A stretch of 64,000 bases of DNA, taken from Candidatus Nitrosocosmicus sp. Lineage in GTDB: Bacteria > Methylomirabilota > Methylomirabilia > Rokubacteriales > CSP1-6. The stretch's first letter is position 1. Each line of letters starts with the position of its first letter. This document shows positions 8,822 through 19,750 of the stretch, piece after piece. A program made the translations under genes and the position numbers. The DNA lies in the NCBI GenBank assembly GCA_035654455.1, contig DASRWT010000011.1, positions 15,761 through 79,760 on the forward strand, given 5' to 3'. The notes beneath the pieces are model-generated. The model was not told where the DNA came from and did no database searches. It saw nothing but the letters and a program-made list of their open reading frames with translations.

Positions 8822-10240
8822 ATGAGCACGGCGGAGTGGCCCTGGCGATCGCTCGCCGACGCCGCGCGCGCCGTCGAGTCGCGCGCCGTCTCGCCCTTAG
8901 AGCTGACCCGGGCCTGTCTCGACCGGATCGAGAAGGTCGACCGCGCCGTGCACGCCTTCGTCTCCGTGCAAGCGGAGGCGGCGCTCGAGGCCGCGCGGAT
9001 CGCCGAGCGGGAGATAACGGCCGGCCGCTACCGCGGCCCCCTGCACGGCATCCCCGTCGGCATCAAGGACAACTACGACACCGTCGGAGTCCCCACGCGG
9101 AACGGCTCCCAGGTCTTCAGCGACCGGACACCGTCGTCGGACTCGACGGCGTGGACGCGCTTGCGCGACGCCGGCGCCGTACCGCTCGGGAAGACCGTGA
9201 TGAGCGAAGCCGCCTGGGGGGTCGATTTCCCGCCGGTGCGGAACCCCTGGGACGTGCGGCGCAACCCCGGCCTGTCGTCCGGCGGCTCCGGTGCCGCCGT
9301 CGCGGCCGGAATGTGCTTCATGGCCATGGGGTCGGATACCGGCGGGTCCATCCGGATCCCCGCCGGGCTGTCCGGCGTCGTCGGCTTGAAGGCCACTTAC
9401 GGCCGCGTCTCGAAGGCCGGCGTGATGCCCCATACCTGGTCGCTGGACCACGCCGGGCCGTTGACCCGACGGGTCGAGGATGCGGCGTTGACGCTCCGGG
9501 TGATCGCCGGCTTCGATCCGCGCGACCCCAGCTCGGCCGACAGGCCCGCCGGCGACTACCTCGCCTCGTTGAAGAAGGGCCTCCGCGGCCTGCGCGTCGG
9601 CGTGCCGCGCGAGCACTTCTGGGACCGCATCGAGGCTCGGGTCGAGCCGGTGGTCCGCCAGGCCCTGCGCGATCTCGAGGGGGCCGGCGCGCGGGTGGAG
9701 GAGGTTTCCATCCCCCACATGACCGGTGCCCTCGGTGCCATCCTCGTGACCGAGATGGCGTCGGTCACCGCCTGGCACGACACGTATCTGCGGCAGCCGG
9801 ACCGGCGGGCTCGGTACACCCCGGAAGTACGCGCCCTCATGGACGCCGGGAAGTTCATCTTCGCCACCGACTTCCTCAAGGCCCAGCGCCTGCGCCGCGT
9901 CCTGATCGATGAGGTGCGCGCCGCCTTCGCCGGCGTCGACGTGCTCGCGACGCCGACCCTGCCCTTGTGCGGCTGGGAGGTCTCGCAGAGCCACGTCGAG
10001 ATCGCCGGCCAGCCCGAGCACGTGCTCCACGCTTGCTGGCGTTACACGTACCCCTGGAACCTGACCGGGCTGCCCGCGCTGTCCGTGCCGTGCGGGTTCG
10101 CGGACAGGCTCCCCGTCGGTCTGCAGCTCGTCGGGAAGCCATTCGACGAGGCGACCATCTTGCGAGCGGGCGAGGCGTATCAGCAGGCCACGCACTGGCA
10201 CGAGCAGCATCCGGCCGACCCCGCGCCGGGTACGGCCTGA
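8822..10240 (+). CDS. amidase-signature family amidase (GatA/AtzE-like)
   Basis: GGAGG RBS; amidase signature GLSSGGSGAAVAAGMCFMAMGSDTGGSIRIPA with Ser-cisSer-Lys context (GIKDN ... GGSSGGS); 472 aa. Confidence 0.9.
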   Translation: MSTAEWPWRSLADAARAVESRAVSPLELTRACLDRIEKVDRAVHAFVSVQAEAALEAARIAEREITAGRYRGPLHGIPVGIKDNYDTVGVPTRNGSQVFSDRTPSSDSTAWTRLRDAGAVPLGKTVMSEAAWGVDFPPVRNPWDVRRNPGLSSGGSGAAVAAGMCFMAMGSDTGGSIRIPAGLSGVVGLKATYGRVSKAGVMPHTWSLDHAGPLTRRVEDAALTLRVIAGFDPRDPSSADRPAGDYLASLKKGLRGLRVGVPREHFWDRIEARVEPVVRQALRDLEGAGARVEEVSIPHMTGALGAILVTEMASVTAWHDTYLRQPDRRARYTPEVRALMDAGKFIFATDFLKAQRLRRVLIDEVRAAFAGVDVLATPTLPLCGWEVSQSHVEIAGQPEHVLHACWRYTYPWNLTGLPALSVPCGFADRLPVGLQLVGKPFDEATILRAGEAYQQATHWHEQHPADPAPGTA

Positions 10241-10456
10241 CCGTTTTTCGAGGAGTCGCAATGTCCGACGCTAGGACAACTTCGCAGCGAACCAGCGACC
10301 TTTGGGTTATGAGTCGTCCTGAGAGCGTGTCGGCAACCCTCTGATCTATACCGATGCCTTCCGCTGCGCGGCGCCAGAGTTTTCCTGCGTGTTCGTAGTA
10401 ATGAGGCTCAAAGCCATGCCTACTGTCCGCCGCGCGCCTTCCATTTACCCTGGAGC

Positions 10457-10578
10457 CTGAGGCCCCGTCGGCCTCGACGGTCAGCTCGAGCTCGACCGAT
10501 ACGCTGGACGGCAGCGCGTGGACCTCGATGGCGGAGCGGGCGTGACGCCCCGCCTCGCCGAAGAACGCCAACAGCAGG
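10457..10578 (-). pseudogene. RidA/YjgF-family C-terminal fragment (about 40 aa), N-terminus missing (preceded by TAA)
   Basis: Minus-strand translation AADLLLAFFGEAGRHARSAIEVHALPSSVSVELELTVEA matches the RidA C-terminal consensus (YFGE..PARSA.EVA.LP....VEIE.IA); no N-terminal part upstream. Confidence 0.4.
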
Positions 10579-10596
10579 TCGGCGGCCTGTTGATGG

Positions 10597-10793
10597 CGCC
10601 GGCTGCTCGCAAATTACGGCCGCCCGGTGGGGAAGTCGAACTTCGAGCGGCGCATGTTCCACAAGGCGCTGGAGAAGGCCGAAATCACCGGATCCGCTTC
10701 CATGACCTCCGACACACCTTCGCCTCGCGGCTGCTGCAGAACCGAGAGAGTCTTGTCTACGTGAAGGACCAACTCAGACCGCCACTCGATTAA
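10597..10793 (+). pseudogene. tyrosine recombinase (phage-type integrase) C-terminal remnant, frameshifted and truncated before the catalytic Tyr
   Basis: Two frames together read ...FHKALEKAEITG / IRFHDLRHTFASRLLQNRESLVYVKDQL (box II HxLRHT motif); no N-terminal domain; ends ...RPPLD before the expected LGH...Y; points toward the 3' end of tRNA-Ala. Confidence 0.6.
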
Positions 10794-10975
10794 GGTGACG
10801 GCAGACGAGGACGAGCAGGCGCAAGCGCTCGAGGCGGCGATAGGACAAGGCGAGACGGCGCCCGCTCAGCCCGAAGGGCCGGGGTCGCGCACCCCGACGC
10901 AACCCCCGCGCAACCTAGAGCCTACTCAACGCGCGCGCGGGGTCACGGATTGCTCCGTAACCCCGCGTGAACAAT

Positions 10976-11051
10976 TGGTGGAGCTGAGGGGGCTCGAACC
11001 CCTGACCCCAAGACTGCCAGCCTTGTGCTCTCCCAACTGAGCTACAGCCCC
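10976..11051 (-). tRNA. tRNA-Ala (anticodon GGC)
   Basis: Hand-folded cloverleaf: acceptor GGGGCTG/CAGCTCC with G3:U70 Ala identity pair, D arm GCTC-AGTTGGGA-GAGC, anticodon stem CAAGG/TCTTG with loop CTGGCAG, T arm AGGGG-TTCGAGC-CCCCT, CCA encoded; 76 nt. Confidence 0.85.
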
Positions 11052-11086
11052 ACTGTGCCGCAGGATACTTTTCGCCGCCGGTTCTG

Positions 11087-11974
11087 TCAAGAACGGCCAC
11101 TATTTGCGGGCCTCCCGCCCTGCGCGGAGACGCTGCTCTCGGCGAGGCGCGAAGGGTCTCCGTCCAGCTTGCGCTGGAGCAGCGAGGTGAGCCAGCGCGC
11201 CGGAATGGGGAAGAAGGGCGTGAATCCCAGCGTCCGCGGGTAGACCAGGACCTTTCGGCGCCGCTCGAGCGCGCGGATAGTCCGCGCCGATAGCTGCTCC
11301 ACCGTTCCCCGAGGCCCCCGGCCGATCGCGTCGCGCGCGCCGGGCACGATGTCGCGCGCCTTTGCCAGCATCGCCGTCTCGATGGGCCCGGCCATGAGCT
11401 CCATCACGTGCACCCTCGAGCCGTTCAGCTCCAGCCGCAGCGTTTGCGACGCCAGCGACAGCGCGGCTTTGGTGGACGAGTAATGACCGGTGAACACCCA
11501 GGGCGCGACGCCGGACAGGGACGTGACATTGACCACGGCGCCGTCCCGGCGCTGCCGCATCGCCGGCACCAGCGCCTGGATGAGGGCCAGCGGGGACCAG
11601 TAGTTGAGCTCGAAGAGCTCGCGCATGTCGTCGTTGTCGCCGGCGCCGAACTGAGAGCCCACCGCGCTGGCGCCGGCATTGTTGACCAGGATATCGACCT
11701 GGCCCAAGCTCTTGACCGCCCGCGCCGCGAGGACCGCGGCGACCCCGCGCTTGCTCAGATCGGCTTCCAGCACCACCGGGCGCGGATGGCCCGCGCCCGA
11801 GACCTCCGCCGCGAGCTCATCCAGCGCCGCCACCCGGCGCGCCGCGATGGCCACGGTGACCCCGCGCGCGGCCAGCGCCTTGGCCAGGCCCCGGCCGATG
11901 CCCACCGAGGCGCCCGTAACCAGCGCTGTCTTGCCTGTGAGCACGAACTTCACGCGCTCACCATAGCATTTCAT
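11087..11974 (-). CDS. short-chain dehydrogenase/reductase (SDR) family oxidoreductase
   Basis: TGASVGIGRG Rossmann motif, NNAG, catalytic YSSTK; 295 aa. Confidence 0.8.
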   Translation of the reverse strand: MKCYGERVKFVLTGKTALVTGASVGIGRGLAKALAARGVTVAIAARRVAALDELAAEVSGAGHPRPVVLEADLSKRGVAAVLAARAVKSLGQVDILVNNAGASAVGSQFGAGDNDDMRELFELNYWSPLALIQALVPAMRQRRDGAVVNVTSLSGVAPWVFTGHYSSTKAALSLASQTLRLELNGSRVHVMELMAGPIETAMLAKARDIVPGARDAIGRGPRGTVEQLSARTIRALERRRKVLVYPRTLGFTPFFPIPARWLTSLLQRKLDGDPSRLAESSVSAQGGRPANSGRS

Positions 11975-12024
11975 CGCGCGCCGCCGCGGCGGGGGCGGGC
12001 GTCGCTGTCGAGCCTGGGGGGAGC

Positions 12025-12110
12025 TGGTGCCGGAGGCGGGATTTGAACCCGCACGCCCTTGCGGGCACGGCGTTTTGAGCGCCGCGAGTCTGCCGTTTCT
12101 CCACTCCGGC
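12025..12110 (-). tRNA. tRNA-Leu (anticodon CAA), class II with long variable arm
   Basis: Hand-folded: acceptor GCCGGAG/CTCCGGC, 3-bp D stem GAG/CTC, anticodon stem CGGCG/CGCCG with loop CTCAAAA, 15-nt variable arm, T arm GCGGG-TTCAAAT-CCCGC, discriminator A, CCA encoded; 86 nt. Confidence 0.8.
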
Positions 12111-12387
12111 CCCGAGCCGCCATACTAACATCGGCCTTCGGAGGCCGGACCGATCGGCTCCATCTCGTAGCTTTCCCCCAATTTTGTTGTCAGGGGGGCT
12201 ACGATACGTCACCAACGTGACGTCCTGGAGGTTGATAACTGAGCGGCTCGCCTGGAATTTCGAGTACTTGGCCGGGGAAGAGATATGGCAACATTCCTGC
12301 TTATCAGCGAGGTTACACTTGAACGCATAGGTAGTGCTTCGAGGGCTCAGGAATGGATCACTTGAATTTGAGGGGCTTGAAATGGTG

Positions 12388-12873
12388 ATGAAGTCGCTCG
12401 TGGATCAGAGAGGCATGACCCTACCCGAGATCCTCGCGGCGGTGGTCGTGATCATGGTGGCGCTCGTCGCTCTTGCGTCCGCCATCCCGATCTCCGCCTA
12501 CGGTATCCAGGAAGGAAGCCAGCTGACGACGGCGACCTTCCTCGCCAACCAGCGCATGGAGCAGGTCAAGCAGAGGCAATGGAGCGAGGCGCAGGATGAG
12601 GTCGGCTTCTCCGCGTCGAGCACCGCCGCGCCGGACATCGGAGGGACCACGACCTTTCCGGACGAGAACCCGGTGGCCGCCCCATACACACAGTTCACCC
12701 GGACGGTGCGAATCACCAGTTGCGGCGCCGGTGCCGGCTGTGGCGGCATTGTGGATCCCTTTCTCAGGCAGGTCACGGTGACGGTGAGTTACCGGCCGCT
12801 GACGGGACGGGGCCAGGCCGCGACCGGGAGCACGAAATCGGCCATCGTCACCCTGGTGGTGTCACGCCGATGA
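12388..12873 (+). CDS. prepilin-type N-terminal cleavage/methylation domain protein (PilV/GspI-like minor pilin or pseudopilin)
   Basis: Class III signal: QRG|MTLPEILAAVVVIMVALVALAS with Glu at +5; about 160 aa; first of three adjacent pilin-like genes. Confidence 0.7.
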   Translation: MKSLVDQRGMTLPEILAAVVVIMVALVALASAIPISAYGIQEGSQLTTATFLANQRMEQVKQRQWSEAQDEVGFSASSTAAPDIGGTTTFPDENPVAAPYTQFTRTVRITSCGAGAGCGGIVDPFLRQVTVTVSYRPLTGRGQAATGSTKSAIVTLVVSRR

Positions 12874-13427
12874 GGGCCCTGGAACGGGCGGTGCGAAACC
12901 AGCGAGGCTTCAGCCTCGCGGAGCTCCTGATCGTCATGGCCCTTACCGGCCTGATCCTCGCCGGAGTCTTCGCGATCCAGCAGCGGGGGACGAACAGCTA
13001 TCTCATGGGTGCCAGCCGCGTGGAGGTTCAGCAAAACTCTCGCACGGCCCTTGAGTTGATGACCCGTGAGCTCCGGTCGGCAACGTGCGTGACGGCGCTC
13101 AGCGGCACGACCGACATCACCTTCAAGACCGGGAACCCCGACTGTGCGCTCGGCGTGACGGTACGCTACCAGCTATCCGGCAACACCCTGAACCGGACGG
13201 AAGCGGGGGTCGCGGGTGTCCTCATCGGAGGGGTGCAATCCCTCACGTTCACCTCTTATGCTGCCTTCAATCCCGTCACAAACCTCGCGCCGACCACCAC
13301 TGTCCCCGGCGACGTGAAGGCTGTCCGCATCCAGATCATTACCCGTCCGGAGCGACCCGCCGGCGCCGGCACTCCCGGCGACCAGCGGTCCACGGTGGAA
13401 TCCACCGTGATGCTGCGGAACGGATGA
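12870..13427 (+). CDS. prepilin-type protein (PilW/GspJ-like minor pilin or pseudopilin)
   Basis: ATGA overlap with previous gene; NQRG|FSLAELLIVMALTGLILAGVF with Glu at +5; 185 aa. Confidence 0.7.
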   Translation: MRALERAVRNQRGFSLAELLIVMALTGLILAGVFAIQQRGTNSYLMGASRVEVQQNSRTALELMTRELRSATCVTALSGTTDITFKTGNPDCALGVTVRYQLSGNTLNRTEAGVAGVLIGGVQSLTFTSYAAFNPVTNLAPTTTVPGDVKAVRIQIITRPERPAGAGTPGDQRSTVESTVMLRNG

Positions 13428-13441
13428 CGGAGGAGTCTCCC

Positions 13442-14662
13442 ATGCCAATTCGTAATCTCACCCGATTGTTCACCGACGAGCGGGGCGCCGCGCTTCCGCT
13501 CGCCTTGATCGCGATGGTCATGCTGACCACGCTCATCGTCGCCTTCTCTGTTCTGGCGACGTCGGAGCCCATGATCGCGAACAACCAGCTCACGACGGCG
13601 CAGGCCCGGGCCATCGCGGAATCGGGGGTCGAGCGGGCCCTCTGGGTGCTCAACAACTCCTACGCCGGGAATACGAGCGGACTTGCCGATACGTTCCCCT
13701 CCACCGCGCCCGCCCCGTACGACGGCAACGTGTCCGTCAACGTGGATTTGGGCGGCTCAACCCTGGGTGTCTACCGGGTCTCCGTTTCATCCCCCGGGGT
13801 GTCGATTTCCGGGCTGTCAACCGTGGGCGCCACCGAACGAGAGATCGTGTCACGCGGCTTTCTCCCGTCCACGGCGAGCCCGAGGGGCAAGCATCACATC
13901 GTGCTGGTGGCATCCCCGTTCAAGTTTGCCGATCCGCCGGCGGCGCTGTCGGTCCGCGGCGAGCTCCAGGTGGGCGGCAATACGAACATCAGCGCCCATG
14001 ACGACACGAGCTGCGGGTCCAAGCCGGGAACCTTCACGACCGGGACGACCACGGTGCAGGGCGGTTCCGCCGACGTGTACGGTGCCGACGGCAACACCAC
14101 GAGAAACCAGACGGGCGATATCAGCCAGAACCAGCCGACGTCCGCGTTCGACCCCTATATCCTGACCGACAACGATCTCGCCGCGCTCAAGGCCTACGCG
14201 AAGGCGCAGGGCACCTACTACCAGGGCACGGTGGCCTTTAGCGCGAGCAATCGGATGCCGAACGGGGTCATCTTCGTGGACTCGGCGAGCGGCAACCCCG
14301 TCACCGCCACGAGTGACCCGTCGGACATGGCGAATCTCACCATCCACGGGAACGCGCCCGCCTCGGCGGATGGCATCTTCAAAGGCTGGCTCATCGTCAA
14401 TGGCACGCTGGCCATCAGCGGTAACTTCCAGATGTGGGGTTTCGGGTACGTCCAGAACGACTTCACCTACACGGGCACCGGGACCGGCCAGATCGTCGGC
14501 GCGATGATGAGCCGGAACATTCAGGACGCCTCCTCGACGACTATCGACACGAACACCGGCGGCAATGCGAGTATCATTTACGACTGCAAGAAGGCTCGGG
14601 GCGAAGGATTCATACCGCGTTTTACCGTGAAGGCGGGGACGTACAAGGAGATCTCGGACTGA
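13442..14662 (+). CDS. PilX/GspK-like pilus minor component (PilX N-terminal type domain), Thr/Gly/Asn-rich C-terminal region
   Basis: GGAGG RBS; N-terminus ERGAALPLALIAMVMLTTLIVAFSVLATSE resembles the PilX_N / GspK hydrophobic segment lacking Glu5; 406 aa. Confidence 0.65.
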   Translation: MPIRNLTRLFTDERGAALPLALIAMVMLTTLIVAFSVLATSEPMIANNQLTTAQARAIAESGVERALWVLNNSYAGNTSGLADTFPSTAPAPYDGNVSVNVDLGGSTLGVYRVSVSSPGVSISGLSTVGATEREIVSRGFLPSTASPRGKHHIVLVASPFKFADPPAALSVRGELQVGGNTNISAHDDTSCGSKPGTFTTGTTTVQGGSADVYGADGNTTRNQTGDISQNQPTSAFDPYILTDNDLAALKAYAKAQGTYYQGTVAFSASNRMPNGVIFVDSASGNPVTATSDPSDMANLTIHGNAPASADGIFKGWLIVNGTLAISGNFQMWGFGYVQNDFTYTGTGTGQIVGAMMSRNIQDASSTTIDTNTGGNASIIYDCKKARGEGFIPRFTVKAGTYKEISD

Positions 14663-15360
14663 CACGCCGCGGCGCACTCCTCGCGATCCTGGCGCTGGCC
14701 CTCCTGGTCGGCGCCTGCCGCAATCCTCCACCGCCGGCCGTGGCGGTGGAGGATCCCGAGACGCTGGCCGCCGCCGCCCTCGACCGGGCCGACTACGCGC
14801 AGGCCGCCGTTCTCTATCGGAAGGCCATCGATCGTCGCCCCGGCAGCGTCTCCGCCCACTATGGGCTCGGCGTCGCCAGCTCGAACCTGAACCGGCGGGA
14901 CGACACGATCCGTGAGTTCCAGTGGGTCCTCGCCAACGGAAAGCCGGACTCCGCGGAGGTCGACGGAGCCCGCCGCTGGCTGATCGCGGCGGGCGTCCTG
15001 CGCCCGTCGGCTGCTGATGCCACTCAAAGCGAGGCCGACCCGGGCGGGAATAGCTCCATCGAGGGCCAGGCCTATCTGGGCAGCGCGGATCAGCGGCAGC
15101 CACAGACCCGGATGCAGCTCCACCTCGTGGGCCAGCCCGACAGCCCCACGAAGGAGGAGCGTCACGTCCTTCGAACCGACCGTGACGGCCGCTTCCGGTT
15201 CAGCAACGTGATGCCGGGCACCTACATGCTCACCGATCGCGTGGCCGGGAAGCCGCAGTGGCGCCTCAAGATCGAGGTGGGCCCGGGATCCACGCTCCGA
15301 CTCGATCTGAGCCCCGGCAACGGCACCGCGACCCGCGACGACTTCCCCAGTCGCGGCTAG
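14659..15360 (+). CDS. lipoprotein with TPR-like segment and C-terminal carboxypeptidase-regulatory-like (Ig-like) beta domain; start codon uncertain (no in-frame ATG/GTG/TTG; CTG at 14659 assumed)
   Basis: Lipobox LALALLVGAC after an RR-containing n-region; motif GRFRFSNVMPGTYML typical of CarboxypepD_reg-like domains; the only in-frame ATG (14434) lies deep in the upstream gene. Confidence 0.5.
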   Translation: MTRRGALLAILALALLVGACRNPPPPAVAVEDPETLAAAALDRADYAQAAVLYRKAIDRRPGSVSAHYGLGVASSNLNRRDDTIREFQWVLANGKPDSAEVDGARRWLIAAGVLRPSAADATQSEADPGGNSSIEGQAYLGSADQRQPQTRMQLHLVGQPDSPTKEERHVLRTDRDGRFRFSNVMPGTYMLTDRVAGKPQWRLKIEVGPGSTLRLDLSPGNGTATRDDFPSRG

Positions 15361-15380
15361 CCGGCCGGCCCCGGCCTTCC

Positions 15381-16205
15381 TCACCTCGGCTCGATAGGCA
15401 TCCGCGCGATCCCCAGCCAGGCTATGGGCGCTCCCGCCTTCTCCGCGGCCTGCGCGGGCGGCAGCGCTCGATCCCAGTCGGCGGCGATGAACCGCCGGGC
15501 ATTCACGCCGTCGGCGGCGTCGGACACCAGCCAGAGAAGTGGTGGAACCATGATGTCCGGCTGGAGCATCTTGCTGCGATCACCCGCGTCGTCCCCCACC
15601 AGCGGGGTATTGGTCACGCCTCCGGGGACGAGCACGTTGGCGGTGACCCCGGTCCCGGCCAGATCCGCCGCCATGATGGCGGTGGCGGACTCGGCAGCGG
15701 CTTTGCTCGCGCCATACAGTAGATAGCCCGCGCGCACCATGGTGCCGAGGCTGGTGGTCACGGTGATGATCCGTCCGCGCTTGGCGCGTAGCATGTGCGG
15801 TACGACCGCGCGCGCCATCATGATGGGGCCGGTGGCGTTCACGGCGAGGAATCGGCTCCACTGCTCGGGGGTGGCCTCCCAGAACCGGATCGGATTGCGC
15901 CGCTGATCCGCGCGCACCGACGCCTGGCCGATGCCGGCGTTGTTGACCAGCACGTCGATCCGTCCGAATCGCTCGCGTGCCGCCGCCACGATTCCCTCGA
16001 ACGCATCAGGCTGGGCGAGGTCGGCGGGCAAGGGCAGGACGGAGCCCGGAGTGCCGGTCACGTCGGCGGCCAGCGCCGCCAGCGCCGTCGCATTTCGATC
16101 GACGGCCACGACATCGATGCCGCTCCCGACGAGGCCCAGCGCCATGGCCCGTCCGAGGCCGCTCGCCGCGCCGGTCACGATCGCGGCTTTCCGCTCTGTC
16201 GCCAT
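15381..16205 (-). CDS. SDR family oxidoreductase
   Basis: AAGGAGGA RBS; TGAASGLGRA, NNAG, catalytic YGASK; 274 aa from the internal ATG. Confidence 0.8.
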   Translation of the reverse strand: MATERKAAIVTGAASGLGRAMALGLVGSGIDVVAVDRNATALAALAADVTGTPGSVLPLPADLAQPDAFEGIVAAARERFGRIDVLVNNAGIGQASVRADQRRNPIRFWEATPEQWSRFLAVNATGPIMMARAVVPHMLRAKRGRIITVTTSLGTMVRAGYLLYGASKAAAESATAIMAADLAGTGVTANVLVPGGVTNTPLVGDDAGDRSKMLQPDIMVPPLLWLVSDAADGVNARRFIAADWDRALPPAQAAEKAGAPIAWLGIARMPIEPR

Positions 16206-16361
16206 CGGTGTGTCCTCCTTGTGCTCGGGGGCGACTATTCCAGAAGTGGAGGCGGCGCGCCAGAACCTCGCGTCCTCTGCTAGACTCCCGCCAGCCCTTG
16301 AGGTGGGCTCAGGGATGGGCCTGACCAGGGACCAATGAGGTGACCCGGTGATCATGAGTCG

Positions 16362-18001
16362 ATGAACCACGCCGATCAACCGGACTTGCTCCCCGAGGCG
16401 CCGAGCGTCGGCGAGCGCTTTGCTCGTCTACTCCTGACCCGCTCGCCGCTGGGCGCCCTGGTTCGGCGCGTCGCCCGCATCCGCGCGTCCGTCCACGCCA
16501 AGCTGCTGGGCGCGTTTCTCCTCATCGCGCTCCTTCTCATCGCCATGGGGGCGATGAGCCTCCAGGCCATCAACAGCGTGGCCCGCCAGAGCCGGCTCCT
16601 GGATCAGGCCCACCAGCGGGTCGAGGCTTCCCGCCAGATCGCGCATACCCTGGGCGTGCAGATGAACGTCATCCGGAACGCGGTGCTGGTCCGGGACGAG
16701 GTGACGATCGAGAGCGTCCTCCGCCAGAGTGACCGCTTCAGCGAGACGCTGGGCGTCCTCGAGCGCGCGGCCCCGCCGGACGAGCAGCAGACCATTCAGC
16801 GGATTCGCGAGGTCAACACCCAGGTGCTGAGCACAGTGGGGGAGGTGGCGCGACTCACCCGGTCCGGCAAGGTGGAGGAGGCGATGGCGCTCCACCTGAA
16901 CGAAAGCGATCCTTTGTATCGAGAGATCTCCACACTCGTGACGCGGATCGTCCAGACCGAGGAGGTCGGGATGGATCGCCTCCGGCCGAGCGTGGCGGCG
17001 GCGAGCCGCGAGGCCCTCCTCCTCATCGGCGCCTTCGCGGCGGCGTCCATCTTCCTCGCCCTCCTGCTGGGGTTCGTCATCTCCTGGTCCTTCATCCTTC
17101 CCGTCCGGGAGGCAGAGGGATTCCTCGCGCACGTCGCCAAGGGCGACTTCAGCGCCAGCATCGACGTCGCGAATCGCGACGAGTTCGGCGCCCTCGCCGC
17201 CCGCATGAACCACATGAGCCGGGAGCTGCATCAGCTCTATGACGATCAGCGCCGCGCGGCGCAACAGCTCCGAATGCTCAACACCGAGCTGGAGCAGGCC
17301 AGCCGGGCCAAGTCGGACTTTCTGGCCAACATGAGCCACGAGCTCCGCACCCCGATGAACGCGATCCTCGGGTTCACCGAGATGATCACGGACGGCGTCT
17401 ACGGCGAGGTGCCGCCTGAGATTCGAGAGCCGGTGGCCGACATCAACACCTGCGGCAAGCAGCTCCTCCGGCTCATCAACGACGTGCTCGACCTCTCCAA
17501 GATCGAGGCCGGGCGCATGGACCTCGCACTGGACGTCTACTCGGTCGAGGATGTGGTGAATACCGTGCGCACCTCCCTCCGGTCGCTGGCCGCCGAGAAG
17601 GGGCTGGACTTCGTCACCGTCATCCCGCCGGACCTGCCGCTCTGCCAGGGGGACGCGAAGCGGATCACGCAGTGCCTGGTCAATCTGGCCGGGAACGCGC
17701 TGAAGTTCACCCGCGAAGGACGGGTGGAGATCGGGGTCGAGATGCGCGACGGGGCGCTGCTCTTCCGGGTCTCCGATACCGGCATCGGCATCCCCGCCTC
17801 GCAGCTCGGACACATCTTCGAGGAGTTCCGGCAGGTGGACGCCACCATCACGCGGGAGTTCGGCGGGACGGGGCTGGGGCTTTCCATCACGAAGAAGTTC
17901 GTGGAGCTCCACGGCGGGCGGATCTGGGTGGAAAGTGAATCCGGGAAGGGCTCGACCTTCTTCATCTCGATGCCCGTGACGGTGGAGCGGGAGGCGCCGG
18001 C

Positions 18002-18005
<4 letters not shown>
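16362..18005 (+). CDS. sensor histidine kinase (two transmembrane segments, HAMP, HisKA, HATPase_c)
   Basis: H-box MSHELRTPMNAILGF; N, G1 and G2 boxes (NLAGNALKFT, DTGIGI, GGTGLGLSI); 547 aa. Confidence 0.9.
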
Positions 18006-19662
<1,657 letters not shown>

Positions 19663-19750
19663 TCAAGACATGCCCCACGGCGCCGCCTGCGCTATAGGGC
19701 GAAACGTCGACGCTCGGCGTATGGTAGCGGAAGGAGCGAGCCAACCCCAC

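Noticed and set aside
8897-10261. 454-aa minus-strand ORF antisense to the amidase
   Set aside because: Gly/Arg/Pro-rich, no motifs. The sense-strand amidase signature is unambiguous.
10260-10344. 28-aa ORF (MSDARTTSQRTSDLWVMSRPESVSATL) with GAGGAG upstream, just after the amidase
   Set aside because: Too short, in a degraded region. It cannot be distinguished from chance and is kept only as a note.
10795-11040. 81-aa plus-strand ORF running into tRNA-Ala
   Set aside because: It overlaps the tRNA gene, has no RBS, and lies in the island-remnant region.
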